NCBI GenBank assembly: GCA_017456985.1
Contig: JAFTIH010000031.1
Span: 130,421 to 192,710 of the forward strand
Direction: 5' to 3'
From: Clostridia bacterium
GTDB lineage: Bacteria; Bacillota; Clostridia; Oscillospirales; CAG-272
DNA: 62,290 nt
The notes below the pieces were generated by a model, which had not been told where the DNA came from, did no database searches, and saw only the letters and a list, made by a program, of their open reading frames with translations. Both the position numbers and the translations under genes were made by a program. Of this stretch, positions 16,747 through 25,736 are shown in pieces (the first letter of the stretch is position 1; each line of letters begins with the position of its first letter).

Positions 16747-18056
16747 ATTTCATTCTCCTTTTCCTCGTCCGTCGGACGGACGACGGCAAGTGCAAATTCC
16801 TTGTCTTCAAAATAGTGTAAAGCAAAGGAAACAAATTCCTCGTAAGTGATCGAGGACAAGACGTCACTCGCTGCAAAAAGCTCCGTCCCATGGAAATAAT
16901 GCTCCGTCAGAGAACGGGCGATCTCCTCCGTACTGTCGAAATTACGAACGTACGTCGCGTATGCGATGCGCTTCATACGAAGGAATTCTGCCTCAGAGGG
17001 CATATTTTCGCGGATATTTTTGAAGAGATCAACGGTTTTCTCAAAAACCGTCTTCGGATCGTCACTCTCACCCATCACACCGAAATATGCGCAGGTGTTC
17101 ATTGCATCATAGAAGGAATCGAGGCTACCGTTGACAAGAGCGCTGTCATACAGCTCGTTATAGTAGTGCGAGGATTTGGAAAAATAGCATCGGCTGAGAA
17201 GATTCACAAGCAGCATATGACGGTATCGCTCCGTAGGCGACGCAAAGGTAGCGAGGTCCTTGACGCCAAAAGCGAAGAGCGGCTTTGCGACGGACATCGC
17301 AAGCTCCGTATAGGGAGAGGCAAGCTCCTTGGGCTCTGTCGGATAGGAAAGCTCCACCGTCATCGGCTCCTCTTCCTTGGGAAGAACGCGGTCAACGACC
17401 GCCATAACCTCTTCGGGTGTGACGTTGCCGCAAACTGACAGCACCATATTGGAAGGACGGTAAAAGGTATGATAGCAACGGTATAAAAGCTCGGGCGTGA
17501 TCTTTGCGATGCTCTCTACCGTACCTGCAATATTGATGCGTACGTTATGCTCGCGATAAAGTCCCTCAAGCAGAGCATAGAAAAGACGGCTTGCAGGACG
17601 GTCGTCGTACATACCGATCTCCTGCCCGATAATTCCCTGCTCTTTTTTTACGTTTTCATCCGTAAAATGAGGCTCTCGGACGAAACGAAGCAAAATTTCA
17701 AGCGCCTCCGTTACGCGATCCGTCGCGGAAAACAGATAGGAGGTCATCTCGTGAGAGGTAAAGGCGTTTGCGGAAGCACCGAGTGCCGCAAATTTAGCAA
17801 AAACGTCACTGCCGTCCACCTCTTCAAAGAGCTTGTGCTCCAAAAAGTGTGCAACACCGTCGGGCACCGTAAGCATCTCCGTTTCTCCCTCTACCCGAAA
17901 CGTACGCTCAAGTGCGCCGTACTTGGTGGAGAAAAGCGCGTACGCCGTGCTCATATTCTTGGGATAAACGAACACCGTTAAGCCCGATGCGTGACGAATT
18001 TTATAATATTTTTCCCCGAGGATCTTATTTTCAAAGGATTCCACAAGATGATTCAC
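16740..18056 (-). CDS. M16 family zinc peptidase (active subunit)
   Basis: ORF 16740..18107. HFLEH (HxxEH) zinc motif. GTG 18056 lies 6 nt after AAGGGGGAAG and is preferred. ATG 18107 is the alternative. Confidence 0.85.
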   Translation of the reverse strand: MNHLVESFENKILGEKYYKIRHASGLTVFVYPKNMSTAYALFSTKYGALERTFRVEGETEMLTVPDGVAHFLEHKLFEEVDGSDVFAKFAALGASANAFTSHEMTSYLFSATDRVTEALEILLRFVREPHFTDENVKKEQGIIGQEIGMYDDRPASRLFYALLEGLYREHNVRINIAGTVESIAKITPELLYRCYHTFYRPSNMVLSVCGNVTPEEVMAVVDRVLPKEEEPMTVELSYPTEPKELASPYTELAMSVAKPLFAFGVKDLATFASPTERYRHMLLVNLLSRCYFSKSSHYYNELYDSALVNGSLDSFYDAMNTCAYFGVMGESDDPKTVFEKTVDLFKNIRENMPSEAEFLRMKRIAYATYVRNFDSTEEIARSLTEHYFHGTELFAASDVLSSITYEEFVSFALHYFEDKEFALAVVRPTDEEKENEIC

Positions 18057-19344
18057 CGTCTGCTTCCCCCTTTCCGACACTTCCCTCCAAGAAGAAGACA
18101 GTGTCAAGCGTAATGTGTGAGGCGACCGCCACCACGTCTTCTACGGTGAGCTCGTTTAAGATCGCAAACATCTCTTCGGGCGTCAGCGCGTCCCCGTACA
18201 AGGCGCGGGTGAGATACCACTGCTCCAAGGTGAAGGGGCTGTCTGCGACGGAACGGGTGGTATCACGGAACCCCTCCTTCGCGCACAGCATCTCTTGCTC
18301 GGTAATCTCACCTTTTTTGATCGCGTCTAGCTGCAAAAGGATCTCTTCCTCTGCAACGGCGGCGTTTTGATTTTCAATGCCCGAATAGACGAAAAGCGTC
18401 CCCTTGATGTTGTCGTTGCGCGAGGCACAGTAATAGCACAAGCTTCGTTTTTCGCGAACGTTCATAAAAAGCTTGGAAACGGGCGACAGACCGTATATCA
18501 TATTGAAAAGCGAGAGCGCCACCTTTTCCTTTACGCTCGTTTTCTCCGTAATTCCCGTGCGGAAGCCCATGGCAAGCTTTCCTTGCACGGCAGAAACCGT
18601 TTCGGTAACTCTCTGCACCTCAGGACGGGGCGCACAAAATACCGTATCCGCCGTTTTGGGCGTTCTCGCACCCAAAGCACGGGAGAACGCTTCTGCACGA
18701 ATGCGCGCAAGCTCGTACGCATCCGTTCCGATATAAAAAATCTCGACCGTCGCCTCCTTCAGCATACGAAGGTAAAGGGCGTAGAGTGATTCGGGCGTGC
18801 AGGCATCCACACTCTCAAGCGTACCGCTGGTATTGACGGCGTAAGGCTCGCCCGCACACATCAGCTGACGGCAACGCATCAGGGCATAGCTGTTTTTGTC
18901 GTTGATGCTCGCACGGATGTCATCCTTAAGCGACTCCTTTTCCCGCTCCACGTACGCGGAAGAAAAGACGCCGTTTTCCAAATACGGATCCATAAGCACC
19001 GCACGCAAGAGCGCCAACGCTTCGTCGGTCACGGGGCTTCCGTCAAAAATGAAGCGTGAGGCGAGCACGTCCATTCCCATAGAAAGGACCTGCTTTTCGC
19101 CCTGACGAAAGCTTGAGATCCCCATCGCCGCATCGTAAAGCTCCTCAAGTCGAGAGTAAAGAGCGGCTTGCGAGGGATATTCCCGACATCCCCTTTTTAA
19201 AAGTCTTGCCAAAAGGCAATACCCCGATGCCGTTTCTGCCGCAAGCGGCATCACGAAATGCACCGAAAAATAATCCGTTGTGAATTTGCTCGTTTGCAAA
19301 TAATGAAAGGTGACACCGTCACCGATTTTTTCATACAAGCTCAT
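18031..19344 (-). CDS. M16 family peptidase-like protein (no HxxEH motif seen)
   Basis: 437 aa with M16 fold-type sequence. I found no HxxEH in it. Translationally coupled to the downstream M16 gene. Confidence 0.82.
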   Translation of the reverse strand: MSLYEKIGDGVTFHYLQTSKFTTDYFSVHFVMPLAAETASGYCLLARLLKRGCREYPSQAALYSRLEELYDAAMGISSFRQGEKQVLSMGMDVLASRFIFDGSPVTDEALALLRAVLMDPYLENGVFSSAYVEREKESLKDDIRASINDKNSYALMRCRQLMCAGEPYAVNTSGTLESVDACTPESLYALYLRMLKEATVEIFYIGTDAYELARIRAEAFSRALGARTPKTADTVFCAPRPEVQRVTETVSAVQGKLAMGFRTGITEKTSVKEKVALSLFNMIYGLSPVSKLFMNVREKRSLCYYCASRNDNIKGTLFVYSGIENQNAAVAEEEILLQLDAIKKGEITEQEMLCAKEGFRDTTRSVADSPFTLEQWYLTRALYGDALTPEEMFAILNELTVEDVVAVASHITLDTVFFLEGSVGKGEADGESSCGIL

Positions 19345-19407
19345 ACGTTATCCTTTGATGAAACGAGCCCAAAGCATGATCCTTGGGCGCGTTTCTTTAT
19401 TTTAAAA

Positions 19408-20010
19408 TCAGTAGATCGGACGGCGGCCCTCGATCGCGCGATGAAGCGTGACCTCATCCGCATATTCAAGATCGCCTCCGACGGGAAGACCGTAGGCAAG
19501 ACGAGAAACCTCGACGCCGAACGGCTTTAGCATTTTGGCAAGATAGGAAGCCGTAGCCTCGCCCTCAACCGTGGGGTTGGTGGCGATCAGAACCTCCTTG
19601 ACCGTGTCATCGCGCAAGCGTGCAAACAGCTCCTTCAAGTGCAGCTGCTCGGGACCGATGCCGTGCATTGGGGACAAAACGCCGCCAAGCACGTGGTAGG
19701 TACCGCGATATTCTCGGATGCGCTCAAACGCCATCACGTCACGCGAATTTTCGACGACGCAAACAAGACTTTGATCTCTGCCGTCATCACGGCACACGGA
19801 GCAAAGACCGTCCACCGATAAATTGCAACAAACGGGGCAGGTGTGCAAATTGCTTTTTGCGTTCAAAATAGCGTCGGCAAACGCCCGTGCGTCCTCATCG
19901 GTAAAGTTTAATACGGAAAAGGCAAGGCGTGCCGCCGTTTTACTGCCAATTCCCGGGAGCTTCCGAAAGGCATCGATCAGCTCTTGAAGCGGAAGGACGT
20001 ACTCTGCCAT
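19408..20010 (-). CDS. recR: recombination protein RecR
   Basis: HhH N-terminus, CPVCCNLSVDGLCSVC zinc finger, Toprim domain. Confidence 0.93.
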   Translation of the reverse strand: MAEYVLPLQELIDAFRKLPGIGSKTAARLAFSVLNFTDEDARAFADAILNAKSNLHTCPVCCNLSVDGLCSVCRDDGRDQSLVCVVENSRDVMAFERIREYRGTYHVLGGVLSPMHGIGPEQLHLKELFARLRDDTVKEVLIATNPTVEGEATASYLAKMLKPFGVEVSRLAYGLPVGGDLEYADEVTLHRAIEGRRPIY

Positions 20011-20011
20011 A

Positions 20012-20353
20012 TCAGAACATTCCGGGAAGGCCCATTTGTCCCGAAACCTTCGCCATTTCCTCCTCCGCCACGGTATCTACCTTTTTAATCGCCTCGTTGA
20101 CGGCGGCGATGAGAATATCGGAGAGCATCTCAACGTCGTCGGGATCGACAATGTCAGGCTGGATATCCAAGGAGAGGATCTCGCGCTTACCGTTGATCTT
20201 TACGGTAACGGCGCCGCCGCCCGCAGAGATCTCGTATTCTCTCGTTTCAAGCTCGGCTTGCTTTTCCTGCATCTCCTCTTGCATTTTCTGTGCTCGCTTG
20301 AGCATCTCGGACATATTACCTACGCCACCCTGTTGGGGAATTCTGACTTTCAT
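20012..20353 (-). CDS. ybaB: YbaB/EbfC family nucleoid-associated protein
   Basis: ORF 20012..20365. ATG 20353 follows GGAGG. MSEMLKRAQKMQEEMQ motif. Confidence 0.9.
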   Translation of the reverse strand: MKVRIPQQGGVGNMSEMLKRAQKMQEEMQEKQAELETREYEISAGGGAVTVKINGKREILSLDIQPDIVDPDDVEMLSDILIAAVNEAIKKVDTVAEEEMAKVSGQMGLPGMF

Positions 20354-20370
20354 AACTACCTCCAAAGATT

Positions 20371-21963
20371 TTATTCATCGCCGCCGATCAGCTCTTCTAG
20401 CTCATCGATCAGGCGTAAAGATTCCGTTTTGTCGTCTGTAAGAACGGTAAAAGCGTCCGAAAGAACGTTGCGCTTTTCAAAATCGCACACGAGCGTTTTG
20501 ATCTCAAGCAGAACGTCGGGCTTCGTGATCATATTGACCGCAAACGCACCGTTAACCTTGACCAAAAATCCCTTGTCCTTGCTATAATATCCCTTCGTTT
20601 TTGCAAGGAAGGGTGCAAGGGAGGGCCTTCTCTCGGCATAAACCTCGACGAGCCGCCCCCAATAGGAAAGCGCGCGGTATTCACCGCCGTCCCCCGCCAC
20701 CGCCTCGGGCGCTCGCTCGCTTTTAGGGGTCTCCTTGCTCGGCTTCGGCGCCTCGGGCAGCTTAGCAGGCTCACACGGTGCGTCCGAGGCTGTTGCACTT
20801 GGGATCCCATAGCGAAGCTTGGTAACCTCTTCTTCCAATTTGGCGATTCGGGAAAGGAGCGCCGTCCTTTCGTCGGAAAGTCGGGGCTCGCACAAGCGCA
20901 TTAGCGTCAGCTCTGCGGTGCTTCGCTTGGCAACGGTTGCCTTTTGGAGAGCTGGAAGCGAGCCTTCGAGAAGCTTCGTATGGTAGACCAGCGTTTCCAT
21001 CGGGAACAGTGCCGCCAATTCACGAAGCGTAGCGTACTCGGTTTCCGTCACGTCAAGATAGGCTTTGGCATCCTTGCACGTTTTGCAGACCATCAAATCG
21101 CGGTAGGTGTCGATCAGCTCCTGCCAAAAGACGGCAAGGTCGCCGGAATGCACCATAATATCGTTAATATGGCTAAAAATCTGCTCATAATCTTGGGCAG
21201 AAATCGCGCGGATCATAGAAAAGACCGCATTTCGGTTCCCCGCTCCCAAAATAGTCGCGGCAAGTGCTTCGTCGATTACGTTACCGCCGCCTGCGCAAAG
21301 CTCAAGAAGACTGATGGCGTCACGCATACCGCCTGCCGCCATCCTCGCGATCAGAAAAGCGCCCTCATTCGTTAAGGAAATGCCCTCTTCCTTGGCGATA
21401 TGTTGCATCCGCTCCATGAGTACGGGCGTCGTAATGCGGCGAAAATCGTACCGCTGACAACGCGATATGATCGTGCTGGGAAGCTTTTGAAGCTCTGTCG
21501 TGGCAAGAATAAAGATCACGTGCGAGGGCGGCTCCTCTAACGTTTTGAGCAGCGCGTTAAAGGCACTGGTGGAAAGCATATGGACCTCGTCGATGATATA
21601 GACGCGAAAGCGAAGCTCTGCGGGCGTAAAAACGACCTCGTCGCGGATATCGCGAACGTTATCAACGCCGTTGTTGCTGGCAGCGTCCATTTCGATCACG
21701 TCCGTTGCAAGTCCTTCATCAATGCTACGGCAGGCAGCGCACTCGTTGCAGGGGTTTCCGTTATGCGGGTTTTCGCAGTTCACCGCCTTCGCCATAATTT
21801 TGGCACACGATGTCTTACCCGTTCCGCGGGAACCGCAAAAAAGATAGGCGTGAGAAAACTTGCCGTTTGCGATCTGATATTTTAAAACGTCGGTCACGTG
21901 GTCCTGTCCGCACACGGTATCGAAATCACGCGGACGCCACTTTCGGTAAAGCGCTTTATACAA
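20371..21963 (-). CDS. dnaX: DNA polymerase III subunit gamma/tau
   Basis: ORF 20371..22014. Walker A GSRGTGKTS. TTG 21963 after AAAGGAGG gives the canonical N-terminus (M)YKALYRKWRP. ATG 22014 is the alternative. Confidence 0.9.
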   Translation of the reverse strand: MYKALYRKWRPRDFDTVCGQDHVTDVLKYQIANGKFSHAYLFCGSRGTGKTSCAKIMAKAVNCENPHNGNPCNECAACRSIDEGLATDVIEMDAASNNGVDNVRDIRDEVVFTPAELRFRVYIIDEVHMLSTSAFNALLKTLEEPPSHVIFILATTELQKLPSTIISRCQRYDFRRITTPVLMERMQHIAKEEGISLTNEGAFLIARMAAGGMRDAISLLELCAGGGNVIDEALAATILGAGNRNAVFSMIRAISAQDYEQIFSHINDIMVHSGDLAVFWQELIDTYRDLMVCKTCKDAKAYLDVTETEYATLRELAALFPMETLVYHTKLLEGSLPALQKATVAKRSTAELTLMRLCEPRLSDERTALLSRIAKLEEEVTKLRYGIPSATASDAPCEPAKLPEAPKPSKETPKSERAPEAVAGDGGEYRALSYWGRLVEVYAERRPSLAPFLAKTKGYYSKDKGFLVKVNGAFAVNMITKPDVLLEIKTLVCDFEKRNVLSDAFTVLTDDKTESLRLIDELEELIGGDE

Positions 21964-22019
21964 CTCCTTGCCTCCTTTTTGAAAAAAGAGAGCGAAAACC
22001 GTGCTATGCGGCACGCATT

Positions 22020-22335
22020 CACGCCCTCTATTTGGTTCGGACGACCGATAAGATCATACACTCCGAATTTGACAATGCCTTTATGCGCGTTAACCGTAAC
22101 ACTCGCTCCGAACAGGCTTCCCTGCGGCACATCGAAAGCTCCGCTTAATGCTGCTTGGTTCCCCACCTGACATGGTTCACGGTTTCCGATTGCGCAAGAC
22201 CCATCCTTCAACACGAGAAATTACGGCGCAGACCACACAAATGCAAGCCTCAGACAGAGAATTCAGCCCTGCTATAGCGGATTTCAGGTGCAAGGCGCCG
22301 CTACTGCCCCGCTTAGTATGACCTTATCCGTCGCC
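22020..22335 (-). ncRNA. ffs: signal recognition particle RNA, long Bacillus type (ends +/- 15 nt)
   Basis: The minus strand reads GAACCATGTCAGGTGGGGAACCAAGCAGCATTAAGCGG...GTGCCGCAGGGAAGCCTG, matching the B. subtilis scRNA domain IV region as I recall it. The 5' part ACTAAGCGGGGCAGTAGCGGCGCC also matches. Closing helix GACGGATAAGGTCATA/TATGATCTTATCGGTC. Classic ffs-dnaX-ybaB-recR order. Confidence 0.85.
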
Positions 22336-22386
22336 CGAATTTCACGCAACGTGTATGCCGCAACACACACACGATACTATATTATA

Positions 22387-22415
22387 ATTATAACAAATAT
22401 ATTTTATTTTTGCAA
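22387..22415 (-). promoter_or_regulatory. promoter of SRP RNA (TTGCAA-17-TATAAT)
   Basis: Minus strand: TTGCAA (22415-22410), 17-nt spacer, TATAAT (22392-22387). Implies a ~45-nt 5' precursor leader. Confidence 0.6.
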
Positions 22416-22454
22416 GAGAAAAGAACGATTTTTTCTTTTTTATTTGCAAGAATT

Positions 22455-23180
22455 TCACATCACGATGCCGCCGTTTACACCGAGGACCTGTCCCGTGATA
22501 AAATTCCCGCCTTCTCCTGCGAGAAAGAGCGCCGCACGTGCAACGTCAAGCGGCGTCCCAAGAGAGCCAAGAGGCGTTTCCTCACACAGCTCCGCAAGCA
22601 CCGACTCGGAGAGAGATGCGTTCATTTGGGTCGCGATCACGCCGGGAGCAATGGCGTTAACGGTGATCCCCGAAGGACCAAGCTCCTTGGCAAGTGCTTT
22701 GGTAAAGCCGTGAAGTGCCGCTTTGGTGGTGGAATAAGCAACCTCGCAAGATGCACCGACCTGCCCCCACATTGACGAGATCTGCAAAATTCTTCCCCGC
22801 TTTTTTCCCACCATATCAGGAATAAAGAGTCGCGTATATTGCAAAACGCTATCAAGATTGACGGCGCGCAACGCATCCCACTCATCGTCGCTCATATCGG
22901 TAAAAAGACCGATCGAGCTGACGGCGGCGTTATTGATCAAAATATCGGCTAAACCGATCTTCTCATGAAACTCCGAAACGGCACACACAACGTCGTCACG
23001 CTTGGCACTATCCGCGTGGATCGCGAGTGCCCCCGTCTGACGCGAAAGCTCCTCCGCTTCCTTTTGTGCCTTAGAGTAGGTAAAAGCAACGGTGTAGCCC
23101 GCCTCGGTAAAACGGCGTACCATCTCCGCACCGATGCCGCGTGATCCTCCCGTAATGAATACGTTTCCTTGGCTCATCAT
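22455..23180 (-). CDS. SDR family oxidoreductase (FabG-like)
   Basis: TGGSRGIG cofactor motif, NAA, YSTTK catalytic motif. Confidence 0.88.
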   Translation of the reverse strand: MMSQGNVFITGGSRGIGAEMVRRFTEAGYTVAFTYSKAQKEAEELSRQTGALAIHADSAKRDDVVCAVSEFHEKIGLADILINNAAVSSIGLFTDMSDDEWDALRAVNLDSVLQYTRLFIPDMVGKKRGRILQISSMWGQVGASCEVAYSTTKAALHGFTKALAKELGPSGITVNAIAPGVIATQMNASLSESVLAELCEETPLGSLGTPLDVARAALFLAGEGGNFITGQVLGVNGGIVM

Positions 23181-23318
23181 ACGCTACCACACCTCTTTTC
23201 TTTTTTTCATATACAGTATAACCCTTTTTCCGCAAAAAGTCAAGGAAATCCGATCAATATCCTTGATTTTCCCGCATAGATATGGTAAAATGAAAAAAAC
23301 GAAGAAAGGAGAAGAAAG

Positions 23319-23966
23319 ATGCTGCTTGCCGTCGCTCCCAACGCAGAAGAAGCCGAAAAGCTTCGCCGCACGTATGCCAAGGGCTATTGCTTCGTTTATC
23401 TGGCAACGTATCGTAATTTTGTCAACTCTGCCAAGGAATATCGCCCCGATGTCATTCTTCTGGCGTTAAATAAGGTTACGCCGCTTTTAGAGAAAAAGGT
23501 TGCGGACATTCGGGAATTTCTGCCCGACGTAAAGTTCGTCACGCTTGGCGGTGAAAACGTGGACGCGTTGACACCCGATTCTTGTTTGAAGAAAAACGCG
23601 CACCCGTTCAGTCTTGTTTTTCAAGCACACTTTCATTCTCCCGATTCTCCGAATGCCGCATTGCTACGGGAAAACCGCATCGTTGGCGGGCTGTTACTTT
23701 GTACGTATCAGCGCACCGCCTTCCTTTACGGCGACGAGATCCGTTTTTCGCCCGAGGAGATCTTTCTTTTGTATTATCTTTCCGAGATCCATCCCAAACG
23801 CGCGGACGTGCACGAGCTTGGGCGGCATTGCTTTGCCTATGGCTCTCATCCGCCGCGCGCCACGGTCGCTTCCCGTATTTCTCGCATCAACAAGCGCACG
23901 AAAGAACGGCTCGGTCGCCCTATCATCAAGTATTTCCCCGACGAGGGCTACGGCTTTTCCTTTTAA
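23319..23966 (+). CDS. OmpR-type winged-helix regulator with degenerate (pseudo-)receiver domain
   Basis: C-terminus fits the Trans_reg_C pattern (FSPEEIFLLYYL...VASRISRINKRTKE...GYGF). The N-terminus has LLAVAPN and DVILLALN where receivers normally carry DD and the phospho-Asp. SD AGGAG. Confidence 0.75.
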   Translation: MLLAVAPNAEEAEKLRRTYAKGYCFVYLATYRNFVNSAKEYRPDVILLALNKVTPLLEKKVADIREFLPDVKFVTLGGENVDALTPDSCLKKNAHPFSLVFQAHFHSPDSPNAALLRENRIVGGLLLCTYQRTAFLYGDEIRFSPEEIFLLYYLSEIHPKRADVHELGRHCFAYGSHPPRATVASRISRINKRTKERLGRPIIKYFPDEGYGFSF

Positions 23967-23983
23967 TTTCATACAAACAAGCT

Positions 23984-24020
23984 ATATCCGCATACCTTTA
24001 TGCGGATATTTTGTTTTTTT
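23984..24020 (+). terminator. strong intrinsic terminator abutting the sigK SD
   Basis: ATATCCGCAT/ATGCGGATAT 10-bp stem, 6-nt loop, TTTGTTTTTTT. AGGAGG starts at 24021. Confidence 0.8.
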
Positions 24021-24033
24021 AGGAGGCGCGAAT

Positions 24034-24744
24034 ATGATACTTGATTTTGTTACGGCGATGATCTCGCATTTTTTCTGCTTCGTTTTGGGAATCGGCACGG
24101 AGCAAAGCTTTCCTCCGCCCCTTTCCCACGAGGAAGAAAAAAAGTTGTTTGTCGCCTTCAAAAATGACGGGGACGAGGCGGCTCGCCAAAAGCTCATTGA
24201 GCATAATTTGCGCCTCGTGGCGCACATTGTAAGAAAGTATTACATTTCCCATCCGTCACAGGATGATCTGGTATCGATCGGCTCACTCGGTCTTATTAAA
24301 GCCGTTGATACCTTTAAGATCACAAACGGTGCAAAATTCGCCACCTATGCCGCAAAATGTATTCAAAATGAGATCTTAATGTTCTTTCGCTCACAAAAAA
24401 AATATGCTTCCGAGGTATCGCTTGAGGAAAAGATCGACGTGGATAAAGACGGCAATCCCCTAACGTACGGCGATATCCTTGCGACGGACGAAAACATCGT
24501 AGAGGATCTTGAAAAAAGGATCCGCACGGAAAAAGCGATGTACCACATCCGCACCGCACTTTCGCCGCGCGAGCGCGAGATCATTGCACTGCGGTACGGA
24601 CTTGGAAAATATCCCGCAAAAACGCAACGGGAGGTGGCAAAAATTTTAGGAATTTCCCGCTCATATGTCAGCCGCATTGAGAAAAAAGCCTTATTTCTTT
24701 TACGGGAAAAATTTGAAGATGAGATCCGCGACGAAGCAGACTAA
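24034..24744 (+). CDS. sigK: sporulation sigma factor SigK (pro-sigma-K), uninterrupted
   Basis: ORF 23614..24744. ATG 24034 follows AGGAGG. Hydrophobic pro-sequence, then FPPPLSHEEEKKL...LIEHNLRLVAHIVRKY...ISRSYVSRIEKKAL, closest to B. subtilis SigK as I recall it. Confidence 0.88.
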   Translation: MILDFVTAMISHFFCFVLGIGTEQSFPPPLSHEEEKKLFVAFKNDGDEAARQKLIEHNLRLVAHIVRKYYISHPSQDDLVSIGSLGLIKAVDTFKITNGAKFATYAAKCIQNEILMFFRSQKKYASEVSLEEKIDVDKDGNPLTYGDILATDENIVEDLEKRIRTEKAMYHIRTALSPREREIIALRYGLGKYPAKTQREVAKILGISRSYVSRIEKKALFLLREKFEDEIRDEAD

Positions 24745-24825
24745 GATAACGGGTATATTTCAAAGAAAAACGCGCAAATTAAGAGAAACGGAGCAATCCG
24801 TCTATCAGTCGGAAAGGAGCAAATT

Positions 24826-25044
24826 ATGGTCGTTTTAGATCGCATTGCGCTTGCACTCGTTATTATTGGCGCTTTAAACTGGGGCAGCATCGGTCTTTTT
24901 GGTTTTGACGCTGTCGCTTGGATCGGCGGCGGTCAGATGGCAGTATTCAGCCGCATCGTTTATACCATCGTGGCGCTTGCCGGCATTTGGTGCATCTCCC
25001 TGCTGTTCCGTCCTGCGGAAACGCACGTGGAAAGTCGCAGCTAA
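24826..25044 (+). CDS. DUF378 domain-containing membrane protein
   Basis: 72 aa with two TM helices and the GALNWG motif typical of DUF378. SD AAAGGAG. Confidence 0.85.
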   Translation: MVVLDRIALALVIIGALNWGSIGLFGFDAVAWIGGGQMAVFSRIVYTIVALAGIWCISLLFRPAETHVESRS

Positions 25045-25051
25045 TTATCGG

Positions 25052-25088
25052 GCGGAAACATCGGTGCGGTGTTTCCGCTTTTTGTTTT
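25052..25088 (+). terminator. intrinsic terminator
   Basis: GCGGAAACA/TGTTTCCGC 9-bp stem plus TTTTTGTTTT. Confidence 0.8.
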
Positions 25089-25240
25089 GCTTCCCTTTTC
25101 CGCATTTCCTTCATATTCTGTTATGGGGCGCACATCCAAAAGTTTCCTTAGCCCGTATGATTAGAAATCACGAAAATGAGGCAAGAATATCTATGAAGAC
25201 CGCAAAGGAAAAAAACAGCGGAAAAATCAAAGGAGTTCAT

Positions 25241-25642
25241 ATGATGAACATAAAACGAGGAGATATTTATTACGCAGATCTTAGCCCTGTTGTCGGTAGC
25301 GAGCAAGGCGGCTTACGTCCCGTTCTCATCGTACAAAACGACGTAGGAAACCGTTACAGCCCCACCGTGATCGCCGCCGCAATTACCAGTAAAATGGGAA
25401 AAAACCGTTTGCCCACACACATTGATATTTACGCGCGCGACGTGGGACTTGCCAAGGATTCCGTCATCCTTTTAGAGCAGGTGCGTACGCTTGACAAGCG
25501 CCGTCTTCGTGAAAAGATGGGCCATCTTGAGGACAGCGTGATGCTACGCGTCAACGAAGCCATTTCCGTTAGCTTTGGACTGATCTCAAACGAAGAGCGG
25601 GAAGCCCGCGTCTACACCGCGCAAAAAACGGTTACCGGATAA
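25241..25642 (+). CDS. mazF: type II toxin-antitoxin system endoribonuclease, MazF/EndoA (NdoA) family
   Basis: ORF 24899..25642. ATG 25241 follows [38 protein letters not shown]...[14 protein letters not shown] is nearly collinear with B. subtilis EndoA, plus a ~17-aa C-terminal tail. Confidence 0.88.
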   Translation: MMNIKRGDIYYADLSPVVGSEQGGLRPVLIVQNDVGNRYSPTVIAAAITSKMGKNRLPTHIDIYARDVGLAKDSVILLEQVRTLDKRRLREKMGHLEDSVMLRVNEAISVSFGLISNEEREARVYTAQKTVTG

Positions 25643-25736
25643 AGACCTTTCGCGAAAAAAATTCACAATATTCGGTAGAAATCGTGCTTTTTTTGTGATA
25701 TGATAAAGAAAAACAAAAAAGGAACGTCTTACGCGA

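Noticed and set aside
23614-24033. 5' extension of the sigK ORF (376-aa version) overlapping the regulator gene
   Set aside because: It runs through the regulator's coding region in another frame and through a strong terminator. The sigma-K homology, including the pro-sequence, begins at ATG 24034 behind AGGAGG.
24034-24744. Looked for a skin-like intervening element splitting sigK
   Set aside because: The gene is continuous, with regions 2 through 4 all present in one frame, and there is no recombinase nearby.
25082-25240. In-frame upstream extension of mazF (ORF 24899-25642), considered as a fused or overlapping antitoxin
   Set aside because: The extension overlaps the DUF378 gene and its terminator, has no SD, and shows no RHH or AbrB-like sequence. 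ATG 25241 has a canonical AAAGGAG SD.
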